Under the pieces are notes generated by a model. That model was not told the origin of the DNA. It saw nothing but the letters and a program-made list of their open reading frames with translations, and did not search any database. From Promethearchaeia archaeon (lineage in GTDB: Archaea; Asgardarchaeota; Lokiarchaeia; Sigyniarchaeales; SOKP01): a stretch of DNA of 64,000 nt. A program made the position numbers and the translations under genes. Shown here in pieces: positions 44,790 to 55,393 of the stretch (position 1 is the first letter of the stretch; each line of letters opens with the position of its first letter). The stretch covers positions 1-64,000 of the forward strand of contig JAWOCD010000080.1 in the NCBI GenBank assembly GCA_046483985.1. Direction: 5' to 3'.

Positions 44790-47090
44790 ATGATAACAAC
44801 TCGCGATTCTATAAACTTCCAATATTCTATAATCTTTGGATATTCTTCTTACAAAGAAGATTTAACCGCGGGCAATATAATTGGTCCCGGTAAATTAGCT
44901 AGGAAAAAGGTTAAAACGCTTTCTAATGAAGTAATCCAATTTTTAAAAATGTATAATGCTATGCTTCAAGACTTCTCCGGTTCAGAGGTATTTGCTATTG
45001 AATTCTCTTTGTATAATATTTCAGAAAAGGAATCTGAAATTTATCCAAAATCCATGATACTTGTTCCTGGTAAGTATAAGGAATGTGAAAGTTTATTACT
45101 AGCCTTAAAGCCAGATTTAGGATATTTAAACGTTCATAGATCAAGAAAATCGTTAAATAATATCAGTGAATTATTTTTTGAAATAGAAGAGTTTTCAGAA
45201 CATCCAAAGTTGAATAAGAAAAAACAATCCCGATTATTGGATAAGTTTGCTGATAGATTTAGCCAAAAACTTTATGGGAATTTGTTAGAGGATAAATGGA
45301 ACAAAAAAATGATAGGGTTAAATCAAGCTCTACCAACCGACAAAGAATTTTTAAAGAATTATGCTACAATTAAAACAAAATATAATATCCTCTGGAAAGA
45401 ACAACCTCACCAATTAGAAATTTTTAACCAAACATTTGAAAAATATAGTCCTCTTTCTGATGAAAAGTTACGGAAAGAACATTTAAAATATATGATTTCT
45501 GAACCTAGCGCAGAGTTCATCATAAAAAATACTCTGAAATTAGGGTCAAATCTCATGGATTTGGTCAATACAGGCACCCTTGACGAAACCCAAGATAATT
45601 TAATACGTTTGTTCTTGAATAAAATATACGAGAAAGTGGAACAAGAAAACACCAGAATAAAAGTTCATGATCTTATTTCAAAAATAGAACATATTTGTAA
45701 TGAATTAAAAGTAACCACGAATAAATATTTAGAATATCTTAATAAATTTCTCAAATCTGGGAAGCAAGGAACTCTAAATCAAGTTATAACTCAATTAGAC
45801 CAGTTTATTAAAGATCAACAAAAATTTAATAATGAGGATTTTAAAAGGATAAATAAAATCTTTACAGACCTTTGCAAAGTAAACCTATCAAACAAAGATA
45901 CATTGAGAGCGATTGATCTAAAATCATCAAATCACTACTTTTCTGAAGCAATTAAAAGTAGTTTTAATATGATTACTGAGCATATTACAAAATTTTTAAC
46001 CTTTAGGCATTTTCTTAGCTTAAATGATGTTTTTGAAGAACATCTCAGAAACGTTTTTGAAAAAGAAAAAAAGCCTGCAAAAATGTTGGCAAATAAAATT
46101 ATAACCCGGTTTAAAGACAATATCCGAGATGAAATAGAAATTCATCCTCTTTTATCCACAGAAGAGATTCAATATGAGGAAGAGAAAATTAATAAGGCAT
46201 TTAGAGAAATATTGCTTCGGAATTTATCGGAAATAACCAATTTTGATTTAAGCATTAAAGATATCGTTTCATTTGCTGAGATTTTAATGGATCAAGACAA
46301 ACGAGATATAATTAATGGTGATATCGAAAGATTTAAGAAATTTTCAGATGAAATAATCTACCTTTTAAGCTATATTCTCAGATATAATACAATAAACCTA
46401 TTCATAAAAGATTTGGAAACCAATGAATTTATAGACCCTGTTATGTTCGCCAATAAATTTCATCGATTTTTAGAGAAAAGAATTGGGGGAATAAAATTAG
46501 AATGGAAAGAATACATTCTCGAGTGGATCAAGGATTATGCTTCAAAATTTATAAAGATGCAAAAAGCACCAAGTTGGAACTTAAAAGAACTTTATGATGA
46601 TTTTGTCCAGTATTTAACGGAAAGGGGTTCAAAAGAACGAAATTCGAAAAATTTTCTCGATTTTCTCGATTACTATATCGGTCAAACTAAAAATGACCAG
46701 AAAAAGAAAGCGCTTTTAGATTTCCTAAGAAATTACGAATCGTGTCTGGGTATTAAAACGGAATTTCCAAAGTATATTAGAGACCGAATCGAAAAACAGT
46801 TAGAGGTATTTGAATTTCCATCAAAAAAAGAAAAACCAATTAATTATTTAATAGAAAATGAAGAAGAGAAATTCTATAATTATATCGTCACGAAGGAACT
46901 AAAATATTATTCAAAATTAGTCCCGCGTCCCTATACTTTAATATTGAAACATCAGTTCAATAATGAAGAACGGGAGAACTTTCGGAATGATCTCTATCAT
47001 AATTTTAATTTCAAATTTTTTAAAAATAATATAAAAATTAATATCTCAGATAATTTTAAAGAAGTCTATAAAAAGTGGGCCAAAAAATGA
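44790..47090 (+). CDS. Large hypothetical, mainly helical protein
   Basis: 766-aa ORF with no recognised motif. Confidence 0.85.
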   Translation: MITTRDSINFQYSIIFGYSSYKEDLTAGNIIGPGKLARKKVKTLSNEVIQFLKMYNAMLQDFSGSEVFAIEFSLYNISEKESEIYPKSMILVPGKYKECESLLLALKPDLGYLNVHRSRKSLNNISELFFEIEEFSEHPKLNKKKQSRLLDKFADRFSQKLYGNLLEDKWNKKMIGLNQALPTDKEFLKNYATIKTKYNILWKEQPHQLEIFNQTFEKYSPLSDEKLRKEHLKYMISEPSAEFIIKNTLKLGSNLMDLVNTGTLDETQDNLIRLFLNKIYEKVEQENTRIKVHDLISKIEHICNELKVTTNKYLEYLNKFLKSGKQGTLNQVITQLDQFIKDQQKFNNEDFKRINKIFTDLCKVNLSNKDTLRAIDLKSSNHYFSEAIKSSFNMITEHITKFLTFRHFLSLNDVFEEHLRNVFEKEKKPAKMLANKIITRFKDNIRDEIEIHPLLSTEEIQYEEEKINKAFREILLRNLSEITNFDLSIKDIVSFAEILMDQDKRDIINGDIERFKKFSDEIIYLLSYILRYNTINLFIKDLETNEFIDPVMFANKFHRFLEKRIGGIKLEWKEYILEWIKDYASKFIKMQKAPSWNLKELYDDFVQYLTERGSKERNSKNFLDFLDYYIGQTKNDQKKKALLDFLRNYESCLGIKTEFPKYIRDRIEKQLEVFEFPSKKEKPINYLIENEEEKFYNYIVTKELKYYSKLVPRPYTLILKHQFNNEERENFRNDLYHNFNFKFFKNNIKINISDNFKEVYKKWAKK

Positions 47091-49507
47091 TTAATGGAAT
47101 AAGCGGAATCAAAAGAAAGACCACTGCTGCTGAAGGGACAAAAAGGTATTTTCAAACTGTCAATTTAATCATCTCTCATTTCAGAAGAGAAGCTGACAAG
47201 AAAAAGATTTTTGAACTCCTAGATGAAGGCTCGTTAATTGATCTTTTTTTAACCACGGCTACAATTCATTTATATCATAATTTGGGGATAAGGGTAGAGG
47301 ATGCACTGGATGGGGGGACGGTATCAGTAAGTTCAACAAAGAAACTAGAAATGATGGAGAAAAAAAAAATTAAAAAAGAAATTACCCAGTTTTTAGATGA
47401 TTCAATACAACTTGAAATAGATATATTTGAAAAGAAGATCGATTTAGAGAACTCTGTATTAGAATTTCTCCAGGATTCTCGAATTAAAAATCTAAGTGAA
47501 CTTGAAACTCGGCAAACTTTGACTAATATCGAAAATAAAATTGAAAACCATATTTTAGAGATTGTAAGGGATTACCCCTCTTTTTATTTCTATGACTTTA
47601 TTGGAGATTTGATTGGAATTTCTGAACAAGTTAAATATGATATCTTAGAAAAAAGTTCTGATTTAAAGAATTTATCAGTTGAGATTGAGAAAAGGTTGAA
47701 GATGGAAGAAAAGGAGGATGATTTTATCGAAATATCCTCGCTCAATCACATTATCAAGATTGTAAAGGAAAGATTCGAAATAACTTCTCATAAGGAATTA
47801 GAAACCCAAGCAATGCCTTTAAGAATGATTAAAAAAGCAATTAAAGAAAAAACTTTCAACAAATATCCAATTTCCGTGTTTGGTCTTAGGGCGTATCGTA
47901 AAGCAAATGAAGTGAAGGAGGGTTTATTACTTAAAATTAAGGAAAAGTTAAATCAGAAATTAAATTACAACGAATTTGAAAATGAGTGCCTTAAGTACTT
48001 AAGAGATGAAATAATCTCTCAGCTACAGACAAATCCAAATGATTTCATATATTTTATGGAAAATTTAAATGAAAGCCAATTCGAAGAAATCATTTATTTT
48101 CTGAATAAACATGGAATCTACAATGTCATTCAGATGATTGGGATTAACGATGAGAAAATTCAGGCTGTTCGAAAAAATATGATTCGGTACAATATTGATA
48201 AATACGATATAATGAAATTGGAAGATTATAAAAAAGATCCCCGATACTTGCTTTCACAGTTACTATGCGATATAGATATTGGTGATTTTAGACATTTTAT
48301 TAATGAAGCGGACGTTTCGGACACAGATGAGAAATCTCTGCTTTCTCTATTAATAGAAAGCGGGAAAGAACATGAAGAGATTTGGAGATATATCCAAGAA
48401 AATGGAAATATGAGTCAAGATGAGGTGAAGGATTTCATAAGAAAAAAAAAAGTAATTGATGATATTTTCCTTGAGAAAATTAACCTTAAAAATTATTCCC
48501 AAATCCTTATCGTCCTTGAATTTGACGAATTATTGGAGAAATTAATCAAAGAGATATTTTATTATATTATCTCAAAAATACTGAGACAATTAAGTAGAAT
48601 CATTGAGTTATATCATAAAATATCCAATGAAAAAAACTTATTTTTACTTGCAATCAAGAAGATCAGGGGAACCAAGGAGTCTGAAGAATGGGTACGTATA
48701 AAACTCGAGGAATTGTTAATTCAACGGTTAGTGAAGAGACAAAAAGAATTACAAGCCCTTTTAAATGTGAAAGAAGAAAGTTATATAATTAATGGGTTTA
48801 TCTTAGCGAGATTAAGAGACCATTCCCTCGAAGACGGAGTTATGGAACTCAAAGAGGAGGACAGTCCAATTTATGAAGGTGTTGAATCTTTAGTTCTAAA
48901 AAAGGAGATTCTTTCTCCCGTTTCCTATTGTTTAGCATACGATATTTTGAAAAGATTTGAAAATTACGAAGAGCTTCGAAAATTAAAAGTAAAACGTATT
49001 CAAGAAGAGGAAAAACAAAAAGAAAAGAAAAAGAAAGAATTAATACGGAAAAAACAAGAGGATAGTACATTTAATTGGATTGAAAGAAGAATTACATCAT
49101 CATTAATGAGAATTACCAGTCCGGGGATAAATCCCAATCAATTATACTGGAAAGAAAAAGATACCCGGATCGCAGCAGATAACCTTAAGATGCATAGTGA
49201 ATTGGACGGAAATACAATTGACCTATTAACAGAATATTTTAAATTCGCCGTTGAGAAAATTGATGATCTTAAATCTCCAAATATGAAATTGCCAGGAGAG
49301 AAGAAAATTAGACTTTTAGTCAAGAAAATAATAAATAATGTGCTAAAAGAAAGATTGAAGAAGGAAGAACCGAGCATATCAACAATAGAAAACATGATTG
49401 AGGGAGAGAGAATTAAGATCTCAAAGGAAATCGCTAAAAAGATTGGAAAAATATTAGATAAAAGTCTGTATAAAAAATTTAAGTTCAAAAGAAGAAATGG
49501 AAGATAG
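47075..49507 (+). CDS. Large hypothetical helical protein; start probably ATG 47087
   Basis: 810-aa ORF overlapping both neighbours. Confidence 0.85.
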   Translation: MGQKMINGISGIKRKTTAAEGTKRYFQTVNLIISHFRREADKKKIFELLDEGSLIDLFLTTATIHLYHNLGIRVEDALDGGTVSVSSTKKLEMMEKKKIKKEITQFLDDSIQLEIDIFEKKIDLENSVLEFLQDSRIKNLSELETRQTLTNIENKIENHILEIVRDYPSFYFYDFIGDLIGISEQVKYDILEKSSDLKNLSVEIEKRLKMEEKEDDFIEISSLNHIIKIVKERFEITSHKELETQAMPLRMIKKAIKEKTFNKYPISVFGLRAYRKANEVKEGLLLKIKEKLNQKLNYNEFENECLKYLRDEIISQLQTNPNDFIYFMENLNESQFEEIIYFLNKHGIYNVIQMIGINDEKIQAVRKNMIRYNIDKYDIMKLEDYKKDPRYLLSQLLCDIDIGDFRHFINEADVSDTDEKSLLSLLIESGKEHEEIWRYIQENGNMSQDEVKDFIRKKKVIDDIFLEKINLKNYSQILIVLEFDELLEKLIKEIFYYIISKILRQLSRIIELYHKISNEKNLFLLAIKKIRGTKESEEWVRIKLEELLIQRLVKRQKELQALLNVKEESYIINGFILARLRDHSLEDGVMELKEEDSPIYEGVESLVLKKEILSPVSYCLAYDILKRFENYEELRKLKVKRIQEEEKQKEKKKKELIRKKQEDSTFNWIERRITSSLMRITSPGINPNQLYWKEKDTRIAADNLKMHSELDGNTIDLLTEYFKFAVEKIDDLKSPNMKLPGEKKIRLLVKKIINNVLKERLKKEEPSISTIENMIEGERIKISKEIAKKIGKILDKSLYKKFKFKRRNGR

Positions 49508-50705
49508 GAAATTAAAATTTAGAAACTTTTATTCCAAAACACTCATTTTTTTTAAAAATTTAAATCATTTCCCACAAAATGAGACTCAGATTCTAAAATA
49601 CATTAGAACATTAAATAATAATTTAATTAAGATTTTATCGAGTATTAAGGAAGAAATTCTTCGAAAAAACATTAATCTTGACTTTAAGGAAGAATTTAAG
49701 GAAAATAAAAGAAAAAGAGAACTCTTTTTCCGAATAAAAACATACAAAAAACTTCAAGAAAATCTCCCTCTATTCGCACAATTATTAAAACACGAATCTG
49801 TCAAAAATGAAGTTCTTAAAATTTTAACATCCTTTCTACAAAATTTCGAATTTAAAATCAGGAAACTTTTTTCAATATTTTATCGCCATTATAAAAAAGA
49901 GTTTTTATCTCTTGACCAAACAATTAGACTTATGAACATTTTGTTCGATAGGGCACCAGATATAACTCTGAACCTTTGTATAGAATCAATAAAGAAAGAA
50001 AAAGGAGTAAAGAATAAGGGAAAAATCATAACGAGACCTCTTTACCAAGTTTTAGTAGATAATGTGGATATCTATCCCGAACTTTATCGCCGAAAGTTGA
50101 ACTTCTTTACTCGGGATTTAAAACGTAATATGATTAATAAAGGTTTTAACTGGAAAAATGACGAGCGAATTATCCATTTAATTGCTAAAAATTTACCTCA
50201 AACTTTCAAATCAGCATTTTTTAAGATTCTAAATTTATACCAGCAAAAAATAATAAAAAAGTTGGAATCGAAAAATAAATACCTCGAACTCGCAATAGAG
50301 CATATTTATTCAAATAATGCCTTTAGCATCTTTGGTTATTTTCAAGAGCGTATAGATATAGGTATAAAATATATATTCGGACTTATAAAAATCAGAGATA
50401 ATTTCCTTACTGAATTCCTTTTAAGATTTCTTGTGGATCTCATCCATCATATCCGGATTTTTCTCAATGATGGTAGTTACAACAAAAATTTATACTTAAT
50501 TAGTCTAAAAATATTAAAATTTCTGAATAAGGAGAAAATTTATGACGAATATTTTCTTATTGCTATTCAATCTGAATTGAAAATTCATAGTTCTCGATTT
50601 ATTGATAATCTAACTTCTAAAAAGGATTTCAAACATAGAGATTTAGCAAGTTCTTACGATACTTTAATTAAAATCCTCGAAGATTATTTGGACACCATTT
50701 TTTAA
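49497..50705 (+). CDS. Hypothetical basic helical protein
   Basis: 402-aa ORF, third gene of the overlapping set. Confidence 0.7.
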   Translation: MEDRKLKFRNFYSKTLIFFKNLNHFPQNETQILKYIRTLNNNLIKILSSIKEEILRKNINLDFKEEFKENKRKRELFFRIKTYKKLQENLPLFAQLLKHESVKNEVLKILTSFLQNFEFKIRKLFSIFYRHYKKEFLSLDQTIRLMNILFDRAPDITLNLCIESIKKEKGVKNKGKIITRPLYQVLVDNVDIYPELYRRKLNFFTRDLKRNMINKGFNWKNDERIIHLIAKNLPQTFKSAFFKILNLYQQKIIKKLESKNKYLELAIEHIYSNNAFSIFGYFQERIDIGIKYIFGLIKIRDNFLTEFLLRFLVDLIHHIRIFLNDGSYNKNLYLISLKILKFLNKEKIYDEYFLIAIQSELKIHSSRFIDNLTSKKDFKHRDLASSYDTLIKILEDYLDTIF

Positions 50706-50766
50706 TCATAAAAAATAATATAGATTAAATACTTCGATTAATAATAAGAAACAAATTTTTCATAAG

Positions 50767-51042
50767 ATGACGTCTATACTTACTTGGTTTAAGAAAGAAG
50801 TAGTTTTTTTAAAAGATTCAATTCCATTAATATTAAAAGCATGTGTTTTATTTTTACTCATTTTCTCAGGGTTAGGAATATCTATTTTCTTAAGAGTGTC
50901 TGGTTTCAACGGAGTAATAATCTCCTTGGGGGGTATCGTCGTTGAGGCCCTTGGTATAATCGTGCTTTATTTTTTCTTGAATGGATATTTTCAGCAAGTA
51001 GAAAAGGAAAAAAGGAAAAAAGTGAAAGGTAAAAAAAAATAA
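50767..51042 (+). CDS. Small two-TM membrane protein
   Basis: Two hydrophobic helices and a Lys-rich tail. Confidence 0.75.
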   Translation: MTSILTWFKKEVVFLKDSIPLILKACVLFLLIFSGLGISIFLRVSGFNGVIISLGGIVVEALGIIVLYFFLNGYFQQVEKEKRKKVKGKKK

Positions 51043-51046
51043 TACC

Positions 51047-51769
51047 TTAAGGGACATATTGTTGCCATGCTTGGGCTATCCCTTGATTCTTTAAAAAATT
51101 TCTAATATCTGTAAGGAGAATATTTGGATCATACTCCCATGCTTTATCTTTATTAAAGGAAATACACTTTAAGTTATCGACTTTAAAAACTGATTGAAAA
51201 AGTATCCCATACATTGAAACTTGTGGTAAAGATTTAAGAAAATGGCCTTCAGGTTTATAATCCACAATCTTAAAGGCGGCTTGCTCGATTTGGACTAAAT
51301 CGATATGACCAGTGAGAAATTCATTATTAAATTTCTTCCAAATAGGGACTTCAATCGCAATAGCACATTTATCTTTGATTAAGATGTGCTTTAAGACAGG
51401 ATCATGGCCGGGTTTTTTATTGATTTTATTCTTTTTATAGATTTGATAGACATTAGCGGCATATTTTGATAGTTTATGATCAGATCCAAATTTTTTTACT
51501 TTTCCAGAATTTATCAATTCTCTACTAAAACTTGGCAGAAACCCTCTTTTTAGCCCTTTAATTCGAAATTGAGAAATTCGGGGCATGTTTCTCGCATTGA
51601 AAATTTGGTTTGGAATTGCACCCTTATGGACCTTTTTAAAGTACATTTCAAGTTTCTTGAATTGTTTACGGTTGTTTTGATATTCACTATAGGTTCTCTG
51701 GTGATTCTGAAAATTCCAATTAAAGCTATATTTTATTTTTCTATGGAAGAAATCTTTTCGTTTTATCAT
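51047..51769 (-). CDS. PD-(D/E)XK (RecB-like) nuclease
   Basis: IEVPIW, GHIDL, IVDYKP and Q...Y motifs. Confidence 0.85.
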   Translation of the reverse strand: MIKRKDFFHRKIKYSFNWNFQNHQRTYSEYQNNRKQFKKLEMYFKKVHKGAIPNQIFNARNMPRISQFRIKGLKRGFLPSFSRELINSGKVKKFGSDHKLSKYAANVYQIYKKNKINKKPGHDPVLKHILIKDKCAIAIEVPIWKKFNNEFLTGHIDLVQIEQAAFKIVDYKPEGHFLKSLPQVSMYGILFQSVFKVDNLKCISFNKDKAWEYDPNILLTDIRNFLKNQGIAQAWQQYVP

Positions 51770-51990
51770 CTAATCTTTTAAGTCCCATACAGTTTCTTTT
51801 TATTTAGACTATACATACTTATAGAGTTTTTAGATTAATTAATCCTACATATTAACGATTTATTAAAACAAATGGAATTGCTACTTAAGGACTAAAAAAT
51901 TAAACTTTTTATTTAATAAGAGCAAAATTTAATATTATATATTAAATAGGAAAAAAAGAGTAAAAATTATTATTTAGTATTGACCTGAAA

Positions 51991-52680
51991 ATGAAGAAAA
52001 AAAAGGAAAAAGCAAAAAAAAGCAAGAAGAAAAAGAAGGAAAAGCCAAAGAAAAAACCAAAAAGTATGAAAAGGCTCATGAGCATTCCTGAGCCCCGGGA
52101 ACAAGCCCTTAGAGCTGCGGGGGGTGGTCTTGCAGGTGTACTCAGTGTTGTTGCTCTTACATATATTCTTTGGGGAATAATGGAAGATGAAAGTATTTTA
52201 TATGCGGGTTTTATGCTTGATACCCTTTCAATGGGTAACGGTTTTAATGCCTTCCTTGGAATGTGGGCTTTATCCTTTACACCATTCACCTCTATTGGGG
52301 CTATTCTCGTTAATTGGCAAGATAACTTGCTTTATGTTATGATCCCTATACTTTTTTCTGGATGTGTAATTGGAATTACCACTAAAAGACTAACTACTGC
52401 GATATTGGGTGGAATCTTTTTTATTTTCTGGGGATTCGTCTTGCCCATTTTGTTTGTATATCTATTTTCTATTTTCGGGGTTTTTGATCCCGTCATAGTT
52501 AATGCAACCTTAGCGGGGATCCTTGAAAATCCGTTAAATAGTTGGAATTACGATTGGTTACTAGGTATTTTTAATAATCTTTATATCACATGGAGTGCCG
52601 CTGGAGCCTTAGAACTCGGAGTTTTAGCTACCGTTATTGCACTCCCATTTGCCGGAATTTTACAATTAATAAAAAGATAA
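51991..52680 (+). CDS. Multi-pass membrane protein
   Basis: Lys-rich N-terminus followed by about five TM segments. Confidence 0.8.
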   Translation: MKKKKEKAKKSKKKKKEKPKKKPKSMKRLMSIPEPREQALRAAGGGLAGVLSVVALTYILWGIMEDESILYAGFMLDTLSMGNGFNAFLGMWALSFTPFTSIGAILVNWQDNLLYVMIPILFSGCVIGITTKRLTTAILGGIFFIFWGFVLPILFVYLFSIFGVFDPVIVNATLAGILENPLNSWNYDWLLGIFNNLYITWSAAGALELGVLATVIALPFAGILQLIKR

Positions 52681-52795
52681 TTTTTTTTCAAATTTTAAAT
52701 TTCTTATTTTCTACTTAGATTTCTCTTATTTCAATAAAATTTAAACATTTTATTTCCTTAATAAATAGTAAGATTTAATTCTGATTTAGCAAATT

Positions 52796-52890
52796 GGACT
52801 TGTAGCCTAGCACGGTTATTTTAAAAATAGTGTAAATAGGGCGTCGGACTTCTAATCCGAATGTCGCAGGTTCAAATCCTGCCAAGTCCG
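52796..52890 (+). tRNA. tRNA-Arg(UCU) with a 20-nt intron (52816-52835) in the D-loop
   Basis: Acceptor GGACTTG/CAAGTCC, anticodon arm TCGGA-CTTCTAA-TCCGA, T arm GCAGG-TTCAAAT-CCTGC; strict BHB around the intron. Confidence 0.95.
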
Positions 52891-53083
52891 CTAATAATTT
52901 TTATGATTAAGACATATTGTATTTTTTAATATCTTTTTAATTGTCGCGATTTCAAATTAGCGTTTAAAAATTCTAATGTGAGGAGAAGAATAAATTTTTA
53001 ATAACCGAGAAAATTAATTAATTAGTGTTTGGTAAAAATTAATATAAAACTGAGGAATTATAAATAGGGAGTCTTAAAGGATA

Positions 53084-54229
53084 ATGAGTCTTGAAGATGA
53101 ATTAAAATTACAAAAAGCTAATGAAAGGATTTCAGAATTAATGTCTGAGTTAAATAAAGCAAAAGAAAAAATCTCGGAATTAATGACAGAATTAAATGAA
53201 GCAAAAAATAAAGAAATTAGATTAAATGGAGAAGTCCATAACCTAGAAGCAGAAATTAAATATATGAAAGCTCAGAGTAAGAACGTTGATTTATTAAATG
53301 ATAGAATAGAATTTTTGGAGGAAAATAGGGATAAATTAAATTCTCAAATAGAAAATCTGGAAGAAAAAATCGAAGAGAAGGAAAATAGAATTGATAATCT
53401 TTCAGAAGATAAAGAACAGTTGTTGAATGAAAAATCAGATATTTTAGAGGAAAAGAACGAGAGCCTTCAGAAAATAACGGATAAGGAGCTAGAGATACAA
53501 GAAAAAGATCAAAAGCTGGCGGATTTAAACGCAAAATTGAAGGAAGTAAACAGTGATTTACTGACCAAAACAATGGAGATTGATAAAATCGTAAAAGAAT
53601 CGAAAAAAGAAAAGAAGAAAGTTGAAGAGTTACAAGAAAAAGTAACCAATCTTCAAGAAGAAAACAAAAAATTAAAAGAACAAGTGGAGAAAGCCAAAGA
53701 TTCAGAAAATCAACAAGTTAAAAATTTAAAAGAGAAAGTCACACAACTAAAGAAACAAGTGAGATCAAAAACAGATGAGATCACACAACTAAAGAATCAA
53801 ACGAGATCACAAACAGATGAAGTCATTGGGACTTATTCTCAAATGGAAGAAATCTCCCAATATATTAAAGATACTTTAGCTAAAGGTAAAAACACAATTC
53901 GACTCATAATACCTGACATTAATGATATAAAAACGTACGGTCTTATAGATGGTTTGAAACAGACTGGTAAGAATGTGGTGGTTAATATTGCAACAAAAAT
54001 TGAGGATCCTTATACCGATCCATTTGTTAAAGAATTAAAAAACCATTGTCAATTAACTAAATATTCTGAAAATGATATTATTGGATTAAATGTCGACTCA
54101 GAGCATATGCTTATTAGTAGAGGGAAGGGAGAATCCGTTTCTGCTGTATATACCGCACATCCTGAATTTATAGAGGTCTTTAAGCAAATAATTATGGAAC
54201 CCTTTATCAATGGAAAAAGGATTTATTAA
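53084..54229 (+). CDS. Long coiled-coil protein with a C-terminal PLD/TrmB-like alpha/beta domain
   Basis: About 240 aa of heptads followed by a globular domain (TIRLIIP...IIGLNVDSEHMLI). Confidence 0.8.
   Translation: MSLEDELKLQKANERISELMSELNKAKEKISELMTELNEAKNKEIRLNGEVHNLEAEIKYMKAQSKNVDLLNDRIEFLEENRDKLNSQIENLEEKIEEKENRIDNLSEDKEQLLNEKSDILEEKNESLQKITDKELEIQEKDQKLADLNAKLKEVNSDLLTKTMEIDKIVKESKKEKKKVEELQEKVTNLQEENKKLKEQVEKAKDSENQQVKNLKEKVTQLKKQVRSKTDEITQLKNQTRSQTDEVIGTYSQMEEISQYIKDTLAKGKNTIRLIIPDINDIKTYGLIDGLKQTGKNVVVNIATKIEDPYTDPFVKELKNHCQLTKYSENDIIGLNVDSEHMLISRGKGESVSAVYTAHPEFIEVFKQIIMEPFINGKRIY
53739..53822 (+). repeat. Imperfect 42-bp tandem duplication (two heptads) within the coiled coil
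   Basis: TCACACAACTAAAGAA...GAGATCA.AAACAGATGA occurs twice (TQLKKQVRSKTDEI / TQLKNQTRSQTDEV). Confidence 0.85.
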
Positions 54230-54256
54230 TCTATTTTTGATATAAGAAGCCTTAGA

Positions 54257-55393
54257 TTATCTTTCAGTTATATAAGCATCGATCACAACTAAATCCCTCT
54301 TAGGAGAGTAGGGTTTAACAACCTTTTTGGAGAGTATTTTATTTAGGTCCCAGTCCAGATTTTTAAGGGAAGATTTTAATCTCTTTAATGCAATTTCTAA
54401 GGGAGCAGCATTTTCAGCAAATTGATAGTTATGGATTATTCCACCGCTCGGTTTTAACAAGTAGCACGCAATGTTAATAAATTCTAAGGATCTCTCAGGT
54501 AGATTCATGAGAACTCTATCAATTTTGCTGGATAACTTCCGACCAATCTCATTGTCGGGATTAGAAAGATCTCTCACATTGAGATTATATGCTTTAACTG
54601 TTCCTCGTAGTGGGTTTAAGGCTATGTTCTTTTTTAAATAACTGACCGCTTCTGGATTTTTGTCAAATGCATAAATATTTACCTTATGCTTTTTAGCAAT
54701 TTGAATGGAAAAAGGGCCTACTCCAGCAAATAAATCTCCTATAATTTCTCCCGTCTTATAATCAAAATTAGAGATTCTGTTTCGCTCATATACTAAACGA
54801 GGTGTAAAAAAAGTATGCTGTATATCTAATTTAAAAACACAGCTATTCTCCTTATATACGGTTTCAGTATTATCATCCCCGTACAAATGCTCTAATTCTC
54901 TTAATCGGTAATCCCCTTTTATTTTAGTTTTCTTTTCATAAACTCCATTAACATTTTTATTCACTTGAGTTATTGCTTTAGAAATTGCTTTCTTTATAGC
55001 GAATGGTATCTCTGAGTATTCCTCGTGAGATTTAAACTCAACAACGGCAATAGAACCAATTATATCATATGATTGGGGAATATATTGGAATGCTGCTTCA
55101 GGAATCTTGTTTTCCAAAGCTTCTTCCAAAGTTTTATATTTATAATCTTCATTTTTTATGCCTCTTCGACGAATTTTTTTAAATTCTATGCCACTCTTCT
55201 CCAATTTACGAGATATCTCAGTTAATTGGGAAGGATTTTCAATTAACGGAAAAAGAATAAAATCATCTTTATGTTCCACTTTATACCTATGATTAATTAT
55301 CGGCTTTTTGTTATTGTTATTCTTAAGAATTTTAATGAATTGATTTCCATCTTTTTTCCTAACTTTTAAGAATGGAATATTATTTTCCTTCAT
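54257..55393 (-). CDS. trm5: tRNA (guanine37-N1) methyltransferase Trm5/Taw2 family
   Basis: SYDIIG.IA, FF.PRL..ER.RI, DLFAGVGPFSI and DRVLMNLP. Confidence 0.9.
   Translation of the reverse strand: MKENNIPFLKVRKKDGNQFIKILKNNNNKKPIINHRYKVEHKDDFILFPLIENPSQLTEISRKLEKSGIEFKKIRRRGIKNEDYKYKTLEEALENKIPEAAFQYIPQSYDIIGSIAVVEFKSHEEYSEIPFAIKKAISKAITQVNKNVNGVYEKKTKIKGDYRLRELEHLYGDDNTETVYKENSCVFKLDIQHTFFTPRLVYERNRISNFDYKTGEIIGDLFAGVGPFSIQIAKKHKVNIYAFDKNPEAVSYLKKNIALNPLRGTVKAYNLNVRDLSNPDNEIGRKLSSKIDRVLMNLPERSLEFINIACYLLKPSGGIIHNYQFAENAAPLEIALKRLKSSLKNLDWDLNKILSKKVVKPYSPKRDLVVIDAYITER

Noticed and set aside
51047-51769. Nuclease as Cas4 or a sign of a CRISPR or defence island
   Set aside because: No Fe-S cysteine set, no repeat-spacer array and no other cas genes in the window.
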